A program made the position numbers and the translations under genes. The notes under the pieces were generated by a model. That model had not been told where the DNA came from, ran no database searches, and was given only the letters and a program-made list of their open reading frames with translations. A DNA stretch of 64,000 nucleotides from Alphaproteobacteria bacterium (GTDB lineage Bacteria; Pseudomonadota; Alphaproteobacteria; Micavibrionales; Micavibrionaceae), in NCBI GenBank assembly GCA_020848095.1, contig JADLAT010000002.1, positions 21,293-85,292 of the forward strand. The letters are read 5' to 3'. Every line of letters starts with the position of its first letter. The first letter of the stretch is position 1. Below, in pieces: positions 24,269-34,179 of the stretch.

Positions 24269-24343
24269 TGGTGGGCGGTACAGGGATCGAACCTGTGACC
24301 CCTAGCGTGTCGAGCTAGTGCTCTACCGCTGAGCTAACCGCCC
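24269..24343 (-). tRNA. tRNA-Val (anticodon GAC), CCA encoded; anticodon loop reads TCGACAC (C at position 33)
   Basis: Reverse complement: GGGCGGT TA GCTC AGCGGTA GAGC A CTAGC TCGACAC GCTAG GGGTC ACAGG TTCGATC CCTGT ACCGCCC A CCA. The cloverleaf is perfect. Confidence 0.85.
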
Positions 24344-24402
24344 ACACGTGCGGTAACGCGTTATTTCTTATAGGCTGTCGCTTGAAAATTCAAGCCCTAA
24401 AT

Positions 24403-24774
24403 TCAAGCCGCCAGTAAAGTCTCCACCTGCACTACAAGATCATTAAGATGGAAGGGTTTGGAAAGAATCTTGCTCTTCTCCGGGTGGAAATCCTCCCGCC
24501 CCAGCGCCACAGCGGCAAAGCCGGTAATAAACATGACCTTGATATCAGGGCGCAGGCGCGAAACCTTTTGTGAGAGCTCAATGCCATCCATACCCGGCAT
24601 AACAATATCCGCCAGCAAAAGATCAAACGGCGCGTCCGGTGTTTCATCCTGCAACACCTGCAAGGCCGCCAGCCCGTCATGCGTGACCGTCACGCTGTGC
24701 CCGGCCTTTTGAAGCGCCAACGTCAAAAATCCGCACATTGAGCGATCATCTTCCGCAAGAAGGATATGAGCCAT
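24403..24774 (-). CDS. cpdR: Single-domain response regulator CpdR
   Basis: Receiver domain with LLAEDD...DLLLADIVMPGMDGIEL...VMFITGFAAVAL...SKPFHL..L, the characteristic CpdR signature of alphaproteobacteria. Confidence 0.85.
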   Translation of the reverse strand: MAHILLAEDDRSMCGFLTLALQKAGHSVTVTHDGLAALQVLQDETPDAPFDLLLADIVMPGMDGIELSQKVSRLRPDIKVMFITGFAAVALGREDFHPEKSKILSKPFHLNDLVVQVETLLAA

Positions 24775-24883
24775 ATTTCAAAAACCCCTGTAGCCATAAA
24801 AACATATAAGATTAATCTTCATTATGCATTTTTTTGCAGCATACGCGCCAGAAAATAAAAACCTAAAACCCTGTTTTTTACCC

Positions 24884-25843
24884 CTACCCCCCGACCCCGG
24901 CTGCGGAAGCCTGAATACCGGCTGGACCCAAAATAATGATAAACAAGGCAGGAAGGAAAAATAAAATCATCGGAACCGTCAGCTTTGGCGGCAGGGAAGC
25001 CGCCTTCTGCTCTGCCGTAGCCATCCGCATTTCCCTGATTTCGTCAGACATAACGCGCATAGCCTGAGAAACCGAAGTCCCGTATTGTTCCGCCTGAATA
25101 AGCGCCGTAGCAAAACTTTTTGCCGCACCACTTCCCACACGGCGCGCAAAGTCCTGCAAGGCCTGCCGCCGATCATTCAACATCGCCATTTCCGCGCTTA
25201 AAATTCCAAGCTCCTCAGCCAGAACCTCAGAATGATCCGATACTTCCTGCGCCACGCGGTCAACCGTTTGCTCCAGGCCAATCCCCCCCTGCACACAAAT
25301 CAACATCATATCCAGCGCATCCGGAAAGCTCAGATTAATTTCCTGCTGGCGTTTAAGGATACGGTTTTTAATCAAAATATCAGGCAATTTATACCCGCTC
25401 ACCGCCGCAACAAAAATAAAAAGCAGCTTCATAAGGCTGGAAATTTCTTTCTCGCTGCCGGAAATTACCATCATGGTCAAGACGCAAAACACCAAGGGCA
25501 GCACCCCTTGCGCAATCATGAATTTTATAGGTGCGGATGGATTACGTATCCCGGCCTGCAGCATTTTATCACGCATTTTTTCGCCCATCTCACCGGCCAT
25601 CTTTTGCATCTTATAAAGAGAGGCCATGGAATCCCGTGCAGATGTCGTTGCTTGCTGTGCGCGGCCACGGTGAATGCTGCCGTCTTTTGTTGCTTCAAAC
25701 AAAGCCTTTCGTCGTTTTTCAATAACGGCTCTAAAGCGTTCTTTTTTCTCTGACCGGTTTAAAAACGGCAAGGCAAACCCCACGAACGAAGCCGCAGCAA
25801 AAACAGCGCTCAAAAGCGTTATAACGGTTTGATCATCCATCAA
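24884..25843 (-). CDS. tadC: Flp pilus assembly inner-membrane protein TadC (T2SS F family)
   Basis: Polytopic membrane protein immediately after tadB in the cpaF-tadB-tadC order. T2SSF-like segment FPDALDMMLICVQGG. Confidence 0.85.
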   Translation of the reverse strand: MMDDQTVITLLSAVFAAASFVGFALPFLNRSEKKERFRAVIEKRRKALFEATKDGSIHRGRAQQATTSARDSMASLYKMQKMAGEMGEKMRDKMLQAGIRNPSAPIKFMIAQGVLPLVFCVLTMMVISGSEKEISSLMKLLFIFVAAVSGYKLPDILIKNRILKRQQEINLSFPDALDMMLICVQGGIGLEQTVDRVAQEVSDHSEVLAEELGILSAEMAMLNDRRQALQDFARRVGSGAAKSFATALIQAEQYGTSVSQAMRVMSDEIREMRMATAEQKAASLPPKLTVPMILFFLPALFIIILGPAGIQASAAGVGG

Positions 25844-25853
25844 AGCCTCCCAA

Positions 25854-26837
25854 TTAAATTTTAAAGTTAATCATTACTTTCATCACAAGGATGCCGATCA
25901 ACATCCAGACAATCGCAATCGTCAGCAAAATTTTTCCAAACGGGTCGGTAAATAAAACACTGATATATTCATAGTTTGTAAAATACATCCCCGTAGCCAC
26001 GAGCAAAGGCAAAGCGCCAATAATGCTGGCCGAGGCCACCGCCTCGGAAGAAAGCGCCTTGATCTTGCGCTTAAGCCGAAAACGCGAACGAATAACGCCT
26101 GAGAGATTCATCAAAACCTCCGAAAGAGAAGAACCGGTCTGCGCCTGAATAGAAAGGCCCGTGGCAAACATCTGCATCTCGGTTAACGGCATCCGGCGCG
26201 TAGCCAGCAATGCGGCCTCATGCAGCGGCACCCCGATTTTCTGCTGGTCATATATGCGTGACATTTCCTCCCCCACCGGGCCGGAAAATTCACGCGCAAT
26301 CATGGAAATCGCCTCAGCCACCGGCATACCGGCCTTAAGCAGCCTGACTGTTGCCTCCAGAGCATCGGGAAACTCCGAAAGAAATTTTTTCTGACGCTTC
26401 GCGGCAAAGCGTTTGAGCATAAAACGCGGCACACCAAGCAACCCTATAACCCCTGCCAATAAAATAATATGGGGGGCCTGCCCCATAATCTTCGCCATAA
26501 AAACAAGAAAAAACATGGATATAAAAGATAAAATCCAGAATTTTTTAATGGAAATAGACAGGCCTGCCTGCTCTATTTGCTGCGAAATTGGTGTCTTCTT
26601 TTTATCTGATTTTTCATCGCCCTCACGGCTGTCTTTCAGCTTTCTGGCAATTTCTGCTCTGCGTTTATCCTGCTGCCCCTTTTGAAAGCCAGAGCTCTGC
26701 GTTACGGCACCCTGCCCCCTGATTTTTTCCAGCATCTTTTTTTTGCGCGCATTATCTTTGTTCACAATGAACAATAGCCCCGTCGCAACCGCAATCAGAG
26801 CAATAAAAGCAACCAGCACAATTTGTATCAGGCCCAT
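25854..26837 (-). CDS. tadB: Flp pilus assembly inner-membrane protein TadB (T2SS F family)
   Basis: Follows cpaF. T2SSF-like segment FPDALEATVRLLKAGMP. Confidence 0.85.
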   Translation of the reverse strand: MGLIQIVLVAFIALIAVATGLLFIVNKDNARKKKMLEKIRGQGAVTQSSGFQKGQQDKRRAEIARKLKDSREGDEKSDKKKTPISQQIEQAGLSISIKKFWILSFISMFFLVFMAKIMGQAPHIILLAGVIGLLGVPRFMLKRFAAKRQKKFLSEFPDALEATVRLLKAGMPVAEAISMIAREFSGPVGEEMSRIYDQQKIGVPLHEAALLATRRMPLTEMQMFATGLSIQAQTGSSLSEVLMNLSGVIRSRFRLKRKIKALSSEAVASASIIGALPLLVATGMYFTNYEYISVLFTDPFGKILLTIAIVWMLIGILVMKVMINFKI

Positions 26838-26882
26838 TTCAAACTATCCGCAAAAAATATATATGCCGCACGAAAACGGCCA

Positions 26883-28448
26883 CTAATCAAATGCCTCCTC
26901 CATTGCATCCAAAACCAGTTTATCAACGCCGAATTGGCGCGCCTTATCAAAAAATTTCGGGCGCAATCCGGTTGATCTATGCTTCGTGATCAATTTCCCC
27001 TTATCGTCTTCACCTAATATATCGAGCACAAAAAGATCCTGCATGGACACGACATCGCCTTCCATGCCTGTAATCTCTGTGACATGCGTAGTTTTACGCG
27101 ATCCATCGCGAAGACGCTGCACCTGAATAACCACATTCACCGCCGAGGCAATCTGTTCCCGCACCGCCTTTTGTGGCAAATTCAAACCACCCATCGCGAT
27201 CATATTTTCCATACGACTCAGGGCTTCTCGCGGGTTATTGGCATGCACCGTTCCCATAGAACCATCATGCCCCGTATTCATCGCCTGCAGCAAATCAAAC
27301 GCCTCCGGCCCGCGCACCTCCCCCACAATAATCCGCTCCGGACGCATCCGCAGACAATTCTTAACCAGATCACGCATCGTGACCTCACCCACGCCCTCAA
27401 GATTGGGAGGCCGCGTCTCCAGCCGAACAACATGCGGTTGCTGCAACTGTAGCTCACAGGCATCCTCACACGTAATGATCCGCTCACCCTGTTCGATATA
27501 GCGTGTAAGACAATTCAGCATTGTCGTCTTGCCGGAACCAGTCCCACCGGAAACCAGAACATTCACCCGCGAGCGTCCAACCGCCATAATCAGCTTAGCG
27601 CAGGAAGGCGTCATAGAGCCAAATTCCATCAGCTTTTCTAACGTCAGCTTATCTTTGGTAAATTTCCGGATCGTCATACACGCGCCGTCCACAGCCAAAG
27701 GCGGAATAATAACATTCACGCGGCTGCCGTCGGGAAGTCGCGCATCGCAAATCGGAGAGGATTCATCAACCCGGCGACCAATGGCGCCGACGATACGTTG
27801 ACAAATCGTTGTTAAATGCTGGTTATCTCTAAACTTTATAGACGCTCTCTGGATTCTTCCAGACACCTCTATATAGGTCGTACCCGGGCCGTTGATCATG
27901 ATGTCGGCAATATCATCGCGCTCTAACAATTCTTCCAATGGCCCGAAGCCAAGCATATCATCAGCGCATTCCTTCGCTATGGATTGCAGCTCTGCCGGGG
28001 TCAGGTCAAGATTACGAAAGCGGGCAATTTCCTCAACTGCGGAATAAACCTCATCCCGCGCCGATTTGGAATTCATACCGGCCAGCGCCTTTAAGTCAAT
28101 CCCGTCCCGTAAATCCAGCCAAATGCGGTTACGCGCCCTTTGCAGTCGTAGCGCAGTAATGGAATCGCTGCTCCCCGTCCCTGCATTTCCACGTGCCTCA
28201 TCTGCGGCACTATCAATAAACCCTTGAGCGAAAGGGTCTTCCTCTGTTGAGATTTTTTGTTTTTCTTTATCTTTTTGTATGGGGCTTTCGGAAGCCTTTT
28301 CAACCGCAACATTTTCTTTCAATGCCGCAGGCTTCTCCACCAAAGATGGAGCCATATCTTCACTCGGTTTTGGCTTTTCCGGAGGCTTGCTCGCAAAAGA
28401 GTCTGATCTTTGCTGCGCATCAGAAGAGGATGTTTTTTTACCAAACAT
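26883..28448 (-). CDS. cpaF: Flp pilus assembly ATPase CpaF/TadA
   Basis: Walker A VSGGTGSGKTT plus the secretion-ATPase Asp/His boxes (RIITCEDACEL, MRPERIIVGEVRG, NTGHDGSMGTVHAN). Confidence 0.95.
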   Translation of the reverse strand: MFGKKTSSSDAQQRSDSFASKPPEKPKPSEDMAPSLVEKPAALKENVAVEKASESPIQKDKEKQKISTEEDPFAQGFIDSAADEARGNAGTGSSDSITALRLQRARNRIWLDLRDGIDLKALAGMNSKSARDEVYSAVEEIARFRNLDLTPAELQSIAKECADDMLGFGPLEELLERDDIADIMINGPGTTYIEVSGRIQRASIKFRDNQHLTTICQRIVGAIGRRVDESSPICDARLPDGSRVNVIIPPLAVDGACMTIRKFTKDKLTLEKLMEFGSMTPSCAKLIMAVGRSRVNVLVSGGTGSGKTTMLNCLTRYIEQGERIITCEDACELQLQQPHVVRLETRPPNLEGVGEVTMRDLVKNCLRMRPERIIVGEVRGPEAFDLLQAMNTGHDGSMGTVHANNPREALSRMENMIAMGGLNLPQKAVREQIASAVNVVIQVQRLRDGSRKTTHVTEITGMEGDVVSMQDLFVLDILGEDDKGKLITKHRSTGLRPKFFDKARQFGVDKLVLDAMEEAFD

Positions 28449-28465
28449 ATCTGACTACGCCCCTC

Positions 28466-29719
28466 TCATTTTGCAGAACGCTTTTTTAAAAATCCGCTCA
28501 TAAAACCGGATTTCGCCGCCGCAGAAACGCGTTTGTCCTCTTTGCCGAAAATATCCAGCGTTTTACCAACAACCGGCAACAGGGTTTTTTCAATCAAAGC
28601 CCGCGCATTTTTATCTTCTGTCAGCTTCCTGCTCTCATTCTCGTTACCAAGGAACATCTTGGAATCAAACGGTATAAACGCCGCCACAGAACATTCCATG
28701 GCTTTTTCTATTTCCCCCTTTGGAACCTCACTGGCTCCGGCCATGCCCTGCATATTGATAACCAGATCCAGGCCCTCTGCACTGCCGCCGCGCATATCTT
28801 TTAATTCCGACATCAAACCACGGGCCAGCCGCAACGCCGGTAAAGTCGGAGTGGCCGCCACAATAATCTGATTAGCACGGCTCAAAACTATCCTGCGCAA
28901 TGTTTCCGGAGCCTGTGAAAGGTCAACAATCACCACCGGATACCTCACCATTAACATATCAATCAGCTTTTCAAGCGGCGCCGCATCAACCGCCGAGCCC
29001 AGCATAGAGTCGCCACCGGTCGCAAGAACGCTCAGGCGCTCACTCGCGCGAAACAACATACGTTTTAAACTATCTTCTTCATTGTTCTCCGCAACACGCA
29101 TGGCCTGCGCCAAAGTCGCCGTCGGCTCAAACCCCAGCCCAACCCCAAATGTTGACCAACCACCCGCCAGATCAAACAAAGCTGTTTTTTGCTCCAGAAT
29201 GTCCGACACGCCGCAGGCCACCGCCGCAGAAAGCATGGAAACACCAACGCCCCCTTTTGCACCCAGAAAAGCCACCAGCCGGCTTCCTGTCACGCCTATT
29301 TTTTCAATCATCGTTTTGGCAATAATATTGGCCAGAACCGGTGTTTCGACCGGGCGCACGATATAATCGCTCACCCCCATATCAATCAGCCTGCGGTAAA
29401 GATTAACGTCATTGTCGGGGCCTATAACAATAGCCGCCGTCCCCTCATCGCAGCACCCGGCTAGCTCCACCAGATTATCCGTAAACCCGGCATCAATTGT
29501 CTCGGTCTGAATAATCATCAGGTTAGGAGAGGCCTGCGTGCTCATCGAAGCGATCGCCGCCTTCACATCACCTTCATGAATTTCCATCTTAACGCGCGCA
29601 AAACGCCAGTCTGCTGCCATATTTCGAGCGGCCTGAAGCGTCTCCTGATCCTGTGAATACACAAGAATCGAAGATGCCGGAAGAAGAACAGATATTATAT
29701 GAGTGTCCACATCGCTCAT
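28466..29719 (-). CDS. cpaE: Flp pilus assembly protein CpaE/TadZ (receiver-like N-domain plus ParA/MinD-like ATPase)
   Basis: Deviant Walker A, LGAKGGVGVSM. Sits between cpaD and cpaF. Confidence 0.9.
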   Translation of the reverse strand: MSDVDTHIISVLLPASSILVYSQDQETLQAARNMAADWRFARVKMEIHEGDVKAAIASMSTQASPNLMIIQTETIDAGFTDNLVELAGCCDEGTAAIVIGPDNDVNLYRRLIDMGVSDYIVRPVETPVLANIIAKTMIEKIGVTGSRLVAFLGAKGGVGVSMLSAAVACGVSDILEQKTALFDLAGGWSTFGVGLGFEPTATLAQAMRVAENNEEDSLKRMLFRASERLSVLATGGDSMLGSAVDAAPLEKLIDMLMVRYPVVIVDLSQAPETLRRIVLSRANQIIVAATPTLPALRLARGLMSELKDMRGGSAEGLDLVINMQGMAGASEVPKGEIEKAMECSVAAFIPFDSKMFLGNENESRKLTEDKNARALIEKTLLPVVGKTLDIFGKEDKRVSAAAKSGFMSGFLKKRSAK

Positions 29720-29803
29720 GGATCGCCGTAATCGCCTCTTATAATTGATTGTGTGTTACCCAGACTTTAGCCTACCGAGTATAACCGACAATTGGTTAAC
29801 ACA

Positions 29804-30445
29804 TTATTTATCCGAGGCGCTTTCCCCTTCCAAAGGCTGATTTGGGGTTCCCGTACGATAGCGCTCGACAATATTGGCTGCACGGCGCCCGTCTGTCAGA
29901 CCGCCATCTGTCTTTTGCCCGAGCAGATCCTTGGGCCGCGCAATCTGCCGCGCAACCAGTGTATCAACGGTGCAACCAAGCTTATAATCAGCCTGCGCAT
30001 CAATTCTCCGCCCCTGTAAACCCGGCATAACTTCGCAATCCGCCGGTGGCAATGCACTGTAAAAAGTATAGGAGAACAAAGCCCGCATCTCATCGCCGGA
30101 ATCCATAACCGGCAGAATATCCGCCTTGATTTGCTCCACGCCATTCTTTTTCAACAACTGCGCAATCCGCACGGCTTCCTCATCTGCGCGCCGGGCGGTC
30201 GCCTTCGCAGAATAAGGGTCATAAGTAACGGTCAGCTCTACCGGCCCATCCCCATGCTTGGCAAAATGCGCCGCCAGCGCTTCAACGCTACGCTCGTCAA
30301 ATTGCGAAACCGGAATGCTTTCGGAAAACTGCTCTTCCTGCACCTGCAAACGATTATCCGTAAAATGATCGGGCGCAGAAAGCGTACAACCCGCCAAAAG
30401 CACGGCTACCGACAATATGTTTAAAATCGTGATGCTTGTTTTCAT
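29804..30445 (-). CDS. cpaD: Pilus assembly lipoprotein CpaD
   Basis: Start taken at MKTSITILNILSVAVLLAGC (lipobox). C-terminus: GCTVDTLVARQIARPKDLLG...RAANIVERYRTG, as in the CpaD family. Confidence 0.8.
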   Translation of the reverse strand: MKTSITILNILSVAVLLAGCTLSAPDHFTDNRLQVQEEQFSESIPVSQFDERSVEALAAHFAKHGDGPVELTVTYDPYSAKATARRADEEAVRIAQLLKKNGVEQIKADILPVMDSGDEMRALFSYTFYSALPPADCEVMPGLQGRRIDAQADYKLGCTVDTLVARQIARPKDLLGQKTDGGLTDGRRAANIVERYRTGTPNQPLEGESASDK

Positions 30446-30464
30446 CTTAAATCCTGCTCTCACC

Positions 30465-32042
30465 TCAATCCGGGAGATAACCAAAACGACCATCTTCAGG
30501 GAATACACTCGAATCCTTCAGATTATAGATACGCCGCACATTATCCATGAACAATCCAGATAGCGCCTTTTGGCTGCGTTGCTGCGGCTTGTTTTGTGGA
30601 AAAACCGGAACGGAGGATGCCCCCGACAGGGAAGGCAACACCTTTGTAGAAACCGGGTCGTTTGTCACATGCTCCGCCCGATCTTTCTCCGCATAAGGCT
30701 CAACCAGATAAGGCGTAACAATAACCACAAGCTCTGTCTCGTTGCGCTTGAAACCCTCCGAGGAAACAAGCTTACCCAGAACCGGTGTTTTTGAAATCCC
30801 CGGCAGACCCGCCATACTCTTGAGATTCTCAGATTGCAAAAGCCCGGCGATCATCAAACTGCCACCACTGGGGATTTCCACAGTCGTGTCAGCCCGTCGC
30901 ACATCAAGCCCCGGAATAACCAGATCACCGGACGAAACCGGGTTAGAAAAATCGAGGGAAGAAACCTCCATTTTCATCTGCATATTGATACGGGATTCCG
31001 ATAACACAACGGGCTTGAAATTCAACGACACACCAAAGGGTCGAAACTCAATTACAATATTGCCAACCTGATCCCGGCCCACGGGAACGGGAAACTCACC
31101 CCCGGCCAAAAATCCTGCCGTTTCACCAGAAATAGCGGTCAAGTTCGGCTCCGCCAGCACGTTAATCAGCTTTTCTTCCTCAAGCGCGTTCAACACCAGC
31201 TCAATTTGCCCCAGACCCCGAATACCCGATTCAGCCAAAATGCGCCCCACACCCGTAGGCTCTTGCGAAAGCGCAATACCCGCGCCCGTACGAAACAACG
31301 CGGAATCACCACGTCCGGTGCTGCTCCCCGCCTGAAAATTACCAAAAATTGTGGAGGTCGAAAGCTCATTCAAATCATTGGCATTCGTCTTTAAACCAAG
31401 CTCTTTCAACACATTGCGCGTTGCCTCAACGATCCGAACCTGCAACATAACCTGCTGTTCGCCGCGCACATCCATCAAATTGGAAACAAGCTCATCCACA
31501 GGCTTGGACTCCCCTTGCAGATCACCGACATAATGCCCAACCAGATTAGCAATACGAGAGGACACGTCCGGATTCGAAACCGTGCCCGTCAAAAGAATCT
31601 GGTCATGCAACGCGCTTATTTTCACGTTTTCCTTGGGAAACAATTCACCGACCAGAGCCTGCACCGCCTGAAGATCATACGTCACATGAATATCAATGCG
31701 CTTAAGAACATCGCCCTTATCATCCAGCACGATAATATTCGTATCCCCAACCTTGAGGCCAACAACATACAGCCGGTCACTCTGCACGGCCTGAACGTCA
31801 ATCAAGGAAGGATCGGCCACCATCACATCGGAAACGTTTCCACCGACATCAACCATTTCGGCCTTACCCAAAGTAATACGCATGGGCTTTTTAAGCGAAG
31901 ATGACTGGCCGCCGACAGAGAGCAGATCCCCCTTCGCCGCAAAAACCGGCACACCGGGCACAAGCATAAAAGCCGATGCGCACAAAAGCGTCAGCAGAGC
32001 ACACTTCCCAAGAAAAGGTTTTATCAAGCCGGAAAAAGGCAT
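30465..32042 (-). CDS. cpaC: Flp pilus secretin CpaC/RcpA
   Basis: Signal peptide, BON-like N-domain and secretin C-domain (...LMIAGLLQSE....GLPGISKTPVLGKL...). Confidence 0.9.
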   Translation of the reverse strand: MPFSGLIKPFLGKCALLTLLCASAFMLVPGVPVFAAKGDLLSVGGQSSSLKKPMRITLGKAEMVDVGGNVSDVMVADPSLIDVQAVQSDRLYVVGLKVGDTNIIVLDDKGDVLKRIDIHVTYDLQAVQALVGELFPKENVKISALHDQILLTGTVSNPDVSSRIANLVGHYVGDLQGESKPVDELVSNLMDVRGEQQVMLQVRIVEATRNVLKELGLKTNANDLNELSTSTIFGNFQAGSSTGRGDSALFRTGAGIALSQEPTGVGRILAESGIRGLGQIELVLNALEEEKLINVLAEPNLTAISGETAGFLAGGEFPVPVGRDQVGNIVIEFRPFGVSLNFKPVVLSESRINMQMKMEVSSLDFSNPVSSGDLVIPGLDVRRADTTVEIPSGGSLMIAGLLQSENLKSMAGLPGISKTPVLGKLVSSEGFKRNETELVVIVTPYLVEPYAEKDRAEHVTNDPVSTKVLPSLSGASSVPVFPQNKPQQRSQKALSGLFMDNVRRIYNLKDSSVFPEDGRFGYLPD

Positions 32043-32129
32043 AAAACGAAGACTTCCACTTAAAAATACAAAAGAGCCGTAAAACTACGCAGGGAACTTG
32101 GTTAATCACAAGGCCAGAACAAGAACGCT

Positions 32130-33014
32130 CTAGCGCGCCGGCAGAGCCATAACATCTCCGCCGCTATAGATTCTCACAATATTGCCATTTATGCCATCTT
32201 CTTTTTTGATTTTTTCATATTCCTGATATATCTCTCCGACGACACTGGTCAAACGCTGATCAGACACCGTCGGCCAGTTTTTTTCAACCTGCGCGGAATC
32301 ACCTATACCGCGCAGCGCCAGAGTAAGCTCCCCAATATCCGCCGCCAGAGAAAGCCGCTCAGCATCCTCGGAGTTAACCGCCACAGTCACCGTTTTTCCA
32401 ACCTTTATCTTATTATCAGCCGCCCGCTCCGCAGTCTGATCAATCGCCAGCACCTTAACGTTTTGCAAAATCGTCTCCGTTGCCCGCTTATCCAGATTAA
32501 GCTCGATCATTTTCTGAACGCGCGGATCCTCATCATCAGCATGCATTGTGGCTTTGTAAGTCAAAATAATGTCCACGAAATCACCGGGACCGATAAATCC
32601 GCCCACCATGGTTGAGGCCGAAACGCCAATCGCCACAGCGCGCATACCCGGCTCAAGACTGGCCGCCACCATATTGCCCTTAACCTGCTCCAAAAGCGCA
32701 GATTTCGTTACCGGCTCATCCTTGGCAATATCCCGCGCCAGACGGCCCTTCAAAGCCTCCTCAGGCTTTTGCTCACCCTCACGAATAACCGCGCCCGGAA
32801 AAACGCTCGCCTTGGGCCATTCCTGCCAGCGCGTATCCCCTGCCTTCAATTCGCGCCCGATATTAAGATCACCATTGGCCAGCAAAATATGAACCTTGGC
32901 CTCGGAAACGACTTGTTCGCGCTTTTTACCGCCCAGACTTACCTGAACCAGAACAGCAACCAGCACAGCAACCAAAACCGCGCCCCCCAGAACAACAAGG
33001 ATATTTTTGTTCAT
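32130..33014 (-). CDS. cpaB: Flp pilus assembly protein CpaB/RcpC
   Basis: N-terminal TM segment and SAF-like domain. Sits between cpaA and cpaC. Confidence 0.9.
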   Translation of the reverse strand: MNKNILVVLGGAVLVAVLVAVLVQVSLGGKKREQVVSEAKVHILLANGDLNIGRELKAGDTRWQEWPKASVFPGAVIREGEQKPEEALKGRLARDIAKDEPVTKSALLEQVKGNMVAASLEPGMRAVAIGVSASTMVGGFIGPGDFVDIILTYKATMHADDEDPRVQKMIELNLDKRATETILQNVKVLAIDQTAERAADNKIKVGKTVTVAVNSEDAERLSLAADIGELTLALRGIGDSAQVEKNWPTVSDQRLTSVVGEIYQEYEKIKKEDGINGNIVRIYSGGDVMALPAR

Positions 33015-33069
33015 AATTTAAAGCCTCATCCGATGCGGAAATTTCATTAAAAGCGCAAGAACGCCGCCG

Positions 33070-33618
33070 CTATTGCAAGAGAAAGGAAGACAGAACCTCC
33101 GGCCCAAGATACCCCAATTTAACAAAAGATGCCAGAGCACCTGAAAATATGGCCACGCCATAAGGGACACTGTTTTCGCCAGCCTGCACACGGGCAACCC
33201 AGCTCCCCTCTTTGGCATTGGGAATCAGCTTCCATTTCCGGAGCACCAGCGCCAGCACACCCAGCGCGCCACCGACAAGCGCCATATAAAACAAAAACGG
33301 CACAAGCCCCTTCAAACCGACCCACAGCGCAAAAGCCGTACCAAATTTAGAATCCCCGGCGCCTAGCCCCTTAAAGAAAAACATCAAAAGCGTGAGACAA
33401 AAAACAATCAACGCCGCAACAACATGCGAGAGGAAAGGCGCAAACACATCATCCCGCCCCCCAAACCACAAAACCACATAGACAAGGAAAAACGCCGAAA
33501 TAATAATAACACTCAATACGTTAGGAATAACCATCCCCCGCAAATCCGAGAGGGCCGCCAAAACACCCGCCGCCAGCGCAACAAAAACGAAAGCCAAAAA
33601 AAAGGTAAGAAGCATCAT
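33070..33618 (-). CDS. cpaA: Prepilin peptidase CpaA/TadV (A24 family)
   Basis: Polytopic membrane protein with a GAGDSKF-type aspartyl motif, immediately downstream of flp. Confidence 0.85.
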   Translation of the reverse strand: MMLLTFFLAFVFVALAAGVLAALSDLRGMVIPNVLSVIIISAFFLVYVVLWFGGRDDVFAPFLSHVVAALIVFCLTLLMFFFKGLGAGDSKFGTAFALWVGLKGLVPFLFYMALVGGALGVLALVLRKWKLIPNAKEGSWVARVQAGENSVPYGVAIFSGALASFVKLGYLGPEVLSSFLLQ

Positions 33619-33656
33619 ATCCGGACCATTATAAAACAGAATAAAACATCAGGGAA

Positions 33657-33692
33657 CAAAAAAGCCCGCCCTGCACAACAGCAAAGCGGGCT
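33657..33692 (-). terminator. Stem-loop plus T-run between flp and cpaA (terminator/attenuator)
   Basis: On the minus strand: AGCCCGC, loop, GCGGGCT, TTTTTTG. Confidence 0.65.
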
Positions 33693-33711
33693 CTTTCATA
33701 TTCAAAAAATA

Positions 33712-33921
33712 TTATGGCGCACCATTATCCAAATTGGCATTGGCACCAGCCATAGCCGCTTCCATTGTGTTAAATGTCTCTTCAAGCTGATCACCAAAGG
33801 TGAAGACCACAGCCACAATAGCCAGAGAGATACCCGCCGCGATCAAACCATATTCAATGGCCGTCGCGCCCTTAATATCACTCAAATAAGCATCTTTAAA
33901 AGCAAGCAGTTTATGTAACAT
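33712..33921 (-). CDS. flp: Flp-family type IVb pilin
   Basis: ATG 33921 is preceded by AGGAGA. Flp motif KG/ATAIEYGLIAAGISLAIV. Confidence 0.9.
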   Translation of the reverse strand: MLHKLLAFKDAYLSDIKGATAIEYGLIAAGISLAIVAVVFTFGDQLEETFNTMEAAMAGANANLDNGAP

Positions 33922-34123
33922 TTTTAATTTCTCCTGTAAGATTTTTTTAAATTCCGGCTTTACCCTTGATCCCCCGAAATCGCCAACAGCGTTCCAAGAC
34001 ATCCAACCGTTATACCTATAGAGTATCAGATATATATTTAAAGGAAGGTTAATGAATTAGTTATTTTACAATTATATCAAAAAAAATATTTTTACTCAAT
34101 AAAAAATTTTATTACTCTTAATA

Positions 34124-34138
34124 TTAAATTTTATTTAA
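34124..34138. promoter_or_regulatory. Candidate CtrA box (TTAA-N7-TTAA) in the AT-rich flp upstream region
   Basis: TTAAATTTTATTTAA is an exact match to the TTAA-N7-TTAA consensus, about 205 nt upstream of the flp ATG. The surrounding 34020-34150 is extremely AT-rich, so a chance match is possible. Confidence 0.3.
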
Positions 34139-34179
34139 TTTTTAAAACACAGACCATCCACAAACACACACTCTCACTT

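Larger units (their letters stand above)
15506..24287. mobile_element. Degraded integrase-associated genomic island carrying the lipase-RTX cassette operon (boundaries inferred from the 12-nt direct repeat)
   Basis: A truncated P4-type integrase abuts the 3' end of tRNA-Val. A direct repeat of tRNA sequence lies at 15506-15517. TTACCCC motifs sit just inside both ends. Confidence 0.45.
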
